Below are positions 60,264-64,000 of a stretch of DNA of 64,000 nucleotides, piece by piece. A program made the position numbers and the translations under genes. The notes below the pieces were generated by a model. That model did not search any database, had not been told where the DNA came from, and was given only the letters and a program-made list of their open reading frames with translations. Origin of the DNA: an uncultured bacterium (GTDB lineage Bacteria; Armatimonadota; UBA5829); assembly GCA_964494345.1 (NCBI GenBank), contig CAZBSI010000002.1, forward strand, positions 113,830 to 177,829, read 5' to 3'. Each line of letters starts with the position of its first letter. Position 1 is the stretch's first letter.

Positions 60264-61364
60264 ATGAAAGTGATGGCTGACACGATTCGGCAACAATATG
60301 AAGAGCTTGAGAAGCGATTGCTGGCCCCTGAAGCTGTGGCGGCGATGGATTCGCGAGGCAGGCTGCGAGAGGAGCCCAAGTGCCCTGTTCGCACGGATTT
60401 TCAGCGAGACAGGGACAGAATCATCCATTCCAAGTCGTTCAGACGGCTGAAACACAAAACTCAGGTCTTTATCGACCCCGAAGAGGATCATTACCGCACC
60501 CGGCTGACACACACCCTTGAAGTGGCACAAATTGCCAGAACCGTCGCACGCGCACTCAGATTAAATGAAGACCTCACCGAGGCCATAGCCCTCGGCCACG
60601 ACCTCGGCCACACGCCGTTTGGACACGCCGGGGAGCAGGCTTTGGACGAGGTTTATCGAGAGTTCGTGCCGGGTGGCGGCTTTAAGCACAGCCATCAAAG
60701 TCTGAGGGTGGTCGATGTGGTGGAGAAGAAGGGACAGGGTTTGAACCTGACCTGGGAGGTGCGCGACGGCATAGTGCATCACTCAAAGGGAAGCGCCGAC
60801 CTATCGCTGGATACGGCAGGGCCTTCGACGTTGGAGGGCAAGGTGGTGAAGATCAGCGATCGGGTGGCGTATATCAATCATGATATAGACGATGCCATCC
60901 GAGCTGGGATAATAACCGAGTCCGATTTGCCGGAAGAAGCGGTAGAGGCGCTGGGAAAGTCGCACTCTGATCGAATAGGCGCGATGGTGCGGGATATAAT
61001 CTCATCCAGCAGCAGTCTTGATAAAATATGTATGAGTGATCCGTTCAGGGCGGCGACGGATCATTTGAAGGACTTTTTGTTCGCTGAAGTCTACGGGCGG
61101 GACGCGAGAGGAATAGTGGAACTCGAATACGCCGGAGAGATGTTGAAGAGGCTGTTCAGATACTATATGGCCCATCCGCTTGAAGTGACGAATTTCGCTG
61201 GGACTGAAGACACCGTTTCGGCTCGAGCGAGAAAGGTCTGTGACTTGATTTCGGGGATGACGGATCGGTATGCCCAGCGGGATTACGCGATACGATTTGC
61301 CGGGCAGGCTCAATATGAAAATTGCGATTCTTTGGGACCCGTTGGCAAGAGCGAATTTGCGTGA
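60264..61364 (+). CDS. dGTP triphosphohydrolase-like HD domain protein (Dgt family)
   Basis: RDRDRIIHSKSFRRLKHKTQVF and HTLEVAQIAR ... GHDLGHTPFGH HD motif. The start is uncertain: ATG 60264, ATG 60274, or the ORF-track 60231. Confidence 0.8.
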   Translation: MKVMADTIRQQYEELEKRLLAPEAVAAMDSRGRLREEPKCPVRTDFQRDRDRIIHSKSFRRLKHKTQVFIDPEEDHYRTRLTHTLEVAQIARTVARALRLNEDLTEAIALGHDLGHTPFGHAGEQALDEVYREFVPGGGFKHSHQSLRVVDVVEKKGQGLNLTWEVRDGIVHHSKGSADLSLDTAGPSTLEGKVVKISDRVAYINHDIDDAIRAGIITESDLPEEAVEALGKSHSDRIGAMVRDIISSSSSLDKICMSDPFRAATDHLKDFLFAEVYGRDARGIVELEYAGEMLKRLFRYYMAHPLEVTNFAGTEDTVSARARKVCDLISGMTDRYAQRDYAIRFAGQAQYENCDSLGPVGKSEFA

Positions 61365-61460
61365 TATAATGTAAATGGAGTTGATTATCAAGGCTCCGTC
61401 TATCATATCTCTTACTCCCGTTCCTACAGCCCGCCTAGCTCCTGGAGGTAGCTGATAAAT

Positions 61461-61796
61461 ATGAAATCCACGATCAAATGCAATTGCGGACAGCGCGTTT
61501 TGGCGAAAGATGTGATGCAAACTGGCTACTATCTGCGACTTTTCGGACCGAGCTTTGTTTATGTAAAATTCAGATGTTCACGATGCAAGAAACTCGGTGA
61601 GCAGTTCGTAAAACAGGACGAGTGGGAAGACGGGTTACTTGCCGATGCGCCGGGGGAGATGACCGCCGAGGAGCATCGAAAGTTTAAGGGCATGGACAAA
61701 ATCGATATCCACGAGTGCATAGACGCCCACTTTGAACTGGAGAAAAACTCCAGCTTGCGAGAATTTGTGGAGACATTTGAAGAATCGAAAAGCTGA
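61461..61796 (+). CDS. small zinc-ribbon protein, hypothetical
   Basis: CNCG-N30-CSRC four-Cys motif. RBS GGAGG. Terminator immediately downstream. Confidence 0.45.
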   Translation: MKSTIKCNCGQRVLAKDVMQTGYYLRLFGPSFVYVKFRCSRCKKLGEQFVKQDEWEDGLLADAPGEMTAEEHRKFKGMDKIDIHECIDAHFELEKNSSLREFVETFEESKS

Positions 61797-61834
61797 ACGC
61801 GATTCATAATGCGGATAAATAATAAATATCCACC

Positions 61835-61878
61835 GGGGAAGAGCAGCGCTGCGCGGCTCTTCCTCTTGTTTTGTGTGG
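61835..61878 (+). terminator. Rho-independent terminator
   Basis: GGGGAAGAGC-N11-GCTCTTCCTC hairpin (10 bp including G-U) followed by TTGTTTTGTGTGG. Confidence 0.7.
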
Positions 61879-61933
61879 AGAGGTCTTGTAAAATCACTGA
61901 TGCCGGTCTAAATCGGCGCGAGGAGACGCTTGT

Positions 61934-62713
61934 ATGATCCCGCTGCGGGATGATAATCCTGGTTATAATAAGCCGTATGTCGTATACGCTTTGGTTGGCG
62001 TCAACATATTTTTCTTTCTGCTTCAGCAGACTGGTCTGTTGAATAACTTGACGATGGTCCCCTATTCGGTGGTTCACGATGTTCGAGTGGGCCTTAAAGC
62101 CAGCACGTTTGGTCAGGCGCGGCCGGTTATGATGCCGGGTGTTGGGCCGCATCCGCAGTGGATTACCTTATTTACCTCGATGTTTATGCACGGCGGGATA
62201 ATGCACATCGGAGGCAATCTGCTGTATTTGTGGATATTCGGCAACAACGTCGAAGATGCGCTCGGTCATTTTAAGTTTCTGCTTTTCTACCTGGCGGCGG
62301 GGGTAATTGCTGCTCTTGCGCATATATTTATGAGCCTGGCGGGCGGCGGATTAGGGCCATATATCCCGACGCTTGGGGCAAGTGGAGCTATAGCGGGGGT
62401 GCTTGGGGCCTATATCGTGTTGTATCCTAAAGCGAGGATAGATACTCTGCTGCTGCTGGGATGGTTTTGGACTACGGCGCAGATTCCGTCGTTTTATGTG
62501 CTGGGAATATGGTTCCTGATGCAGCTTACCGGAACGTTTGGGACCGGCGGACAAATCGGCGGCGGGGTTGCGTATTGGGCACACGTCGGCGGGTTTGTGG
62601 CGGGTATGATTTTGATCCTGCTGCTTGGCGGCAAGAAGCTGTCCAGGCAGCGGCGACAGCCACCGGGGTACGGCAACGAAAACCGTCCGTATCCGTTCAG
62701 ACCGTGGAAATGA
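61934..62713 (+). CDS. rhomboid family intramembrane serine protease
   Basis: 6-7 TM helices. Catalytic GASGAIAG (Ser) on TM4 and AHVGGF (His) on TM6. Confidence 0.85.
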   Translation: MIPLRDDNPGYNKPYVVYALVGVNIFFFLLQQTGLLNNLTMVPYSVVHDVRVGLKASTFGQARPVMMPGVGPHPQWITLFTSMFMHGGIMHIGGNLLYLWIFGNNVEDALGHFKFLLFYLAAGVIAALAHIFMSLAGGGLGPYIPTLGASGAIAGVLGAYIVLYPKARIDTLLLLGWFWTTAQIPSFYVLGIWFLMQLTGTFGTGGQIGGGVAYWAHVGGFVAGMILILLLGGKKLSRQRRQPPGYGNENRPYPFRPWK

Positions 62714-62733
62714 GATTCTGAGTTGAGGAGACT

Positions 62734-64000
62734 GTGTTGGGCAGGAGAGTAATTGCTGCGCTCTTAATAATCGGGCTGATGGCGGCGGGATATGTCGCTG
62801 TACAGCGATATCGTGTTGAGGCTAAAAACAGGGCCGTCGAGATAGTAGTGGACTGGGACGAGGTGCAGCAGTTGGCAGCGGCGACAGGCAATAGCCCTGC
62901 GAGCGTATTGGATCGCTTCAAAAAGGCCGGAGTTACAAGCGTCGCCATCACCGAGCAGACCGTGCGAGACGCTATCTCTAACGGGCAGATTATTATTGAG
63001 CCGAACTCGGAGATCCGAATCAACGAGCCTTACTCACAGAGGATAACAAATTATCTGCAGGGCTTGATGCCGGGTCGGGATGTGGCGCGAAGCCTTTCAC
63101 AGAACCTCATCGCCCTGCCATATCTTCAGCAGCTTCCCATAGGTTTCCCCGAAGACGCGGTATCTGCGGTTAAATCTCAACGGATGGGGATAGTGGCACG
63201 TCTTGTAAACTATCCTGGGATCACCGCTAAGGCCATAGATTTTATGATGGCCGATGCCAAAAGATGCGGCGCGAAGGTGGTTATTTTCCAGGGGGATACG
63301 GTTCTGGGCTTTAAAGGCGCTGTCGAAGATACCGCCGAGGCCTTACGCACTAACGACCTGTGCTTCGGACGAGTCGAGTTCTCCAAACAAAAAGGGGATA
63401 TGCGGCTGGCAGAGGAGGCGAAGGACAGACTTATCGTCGTCCACAGCATCACCCAGGCGGAAATGCCCACGCTGAGCGAGACTGCCATAGTCGACCGCTT
63501 CCAGAAAGGAGTTCGGGAGCGTGGCGTACGAATCTGCTACATCCGCATGTATGAATCGGCCGGTGACGATATTTTACACGGCAATGCGGAGTATATAGCA
63601 GCTATCGCCGGAGCAATCACGAAGGCGGGATATGTACTCACGGCGGCTCATACGCAGGATGAAGTCCAGGTTCCGACGGCTGCGAGAGTATTGGCGGGCT
63701 TTGGAGTCGCGGCCGGAGCTATATGGCTGCTGGGTATGATCGTCGGAACGCCGGGACTGGCCACTTCAATTGGCTTGATATTGCTGTGTGCGGGCTTTGC
63801 GGCGTGCGGCGAACTGGGAAGAAAGGCCGTCGCGCTGTTGGCGGCTCTGATATTCCCTGTTGTGGCGACGCTGTGGGCTAGTCGCGGCGGCCCTGCAAGT
63901 CCTGCCCCTGCTTCCGGAGTCTTATGGCGTTCGATAGGTAGATTGGCGGGTGCGATCGCTATAACGGCTTGTGGGGGTATGTTGGTAGTCGGGTTGCTCA
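62734..64000 (+). CDS. hypothetical membrane protein (N-terminal TM anchor, ~300 aa extracytoplasmic domain, C-terminal multi-TM region); 3' end beyond window
   Basis: Open frame from GTG 62734/TTG 62737 (GAGGAG upstream) to the window end. It is not in the ORF track because it is open-ended. Translation LGRRVIAALLIIGLMAAGYVAV... Confidence 0.5.
   Translation, partial: MLGRRVIAALLIIGLMAAGYVAVQRYRVEAKNRAVEIVVDWDEVQQLAAATGNSPASVLDRFKKAGVTSVAITEQTVRDAISNGQIIIEPNSEIRINEPYSQRITNYLQGLMPGRDVARSLSQNLIALPYLQQLPIGFPEDAVSAVKSQRMGIVARLVNYPGITAKAIDFMMADAKRCGAKVVIFQGDTVLGFKGAVEDTAEALRTNDLCFGRVEFSKQKGDMRLAEEAKDRLIVVHSITQAEMPTLSETAIVDRFQKGVRERGVRICYIRMYESAGDDILHGNAEYIAAIAGAITKAGYVLTAAHTQDEVQVPTAARVLAGFGVAAGAIWLLGMIVGTPGLATSIGLILLCAGFAACGELGRKAVALLAALIFPVVATLWASRGGPASPAPASGVLWRSIGRLAGAIAITACGGMLVVGLL

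Overview
This 64 kb window looks like bacterial chromosome of roughly 55-57% GC. It carries about 55 protein genes, one tRNA-Leu(CAA), and a previously uncharacterised family of modular intergenic repeats present at four loci.

Gene content is a mix of housekeeping and envelope/glycan functions.
- Housekeeping: polA, sppA, queA, greA, carD/cdnL, trxB with a glutaredoxin, hemW, ahcY, rex, a dGTPase, corA, crcB, a rhomboid protease.
- Envelope and glycan: an LVIVD beta-propeller protein, GH116, a WbsX-like protein, a GT2 glycosyltransferase, a DegT-family aminotransferase, two sugar-1-phosphate nucleotidyltransferases, a DUF4091-like secreted protein, a phosphodiester glycosidase, and a Wzy_C/TPR O-antigen-ligase-like protein.

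The most notable accessory content is:
1. The modular dispersed repeat family with a conserved ~45 nt core, plus heptamer and ~20-mer tandem arrays.
2. A compact Type II R-M module (C5 methyltransferase translationally coupled to a candidate endonuclease) with a divergent vsr, sitting next to tRNA-Leu and crcB.
3. A minor-pilin operon (two prepilin-type pseudopilins and a 532 aa PilX-like protein) followed by a Wzy_C/TPR protein that is a candidate pilin O-oligosaccharyltransferase. Facing it are a secreted C39-like peptidase and a secretin-N-like protein with a Gly/Tyr-rich low-complexity tail.
4. A nine-gene minus-strand sugar-nucleotide operon (SIS, membrane protein, NTP-transferase, galT, B12-binding radical SAM, galK, Zn-ribbon protein, esterase).
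5. nikR flanked by an atypical NitT/TauT-type ABC transporter and a ~14-TM protein of unknown function.
6. An atypically long Prs-like phosphoribosyltransferase co-operonic with GT2.
7. A stand-alone HTH-WYL-WCX regulator.
8. A NYN/LOTUS protein.

Two long genes run off the window edges (1..2509 on the minus strand, 62734..64000 on the plus strand), so the ORF track did not list them.

Every call is based on motif recognition by eye. No database search was possible.
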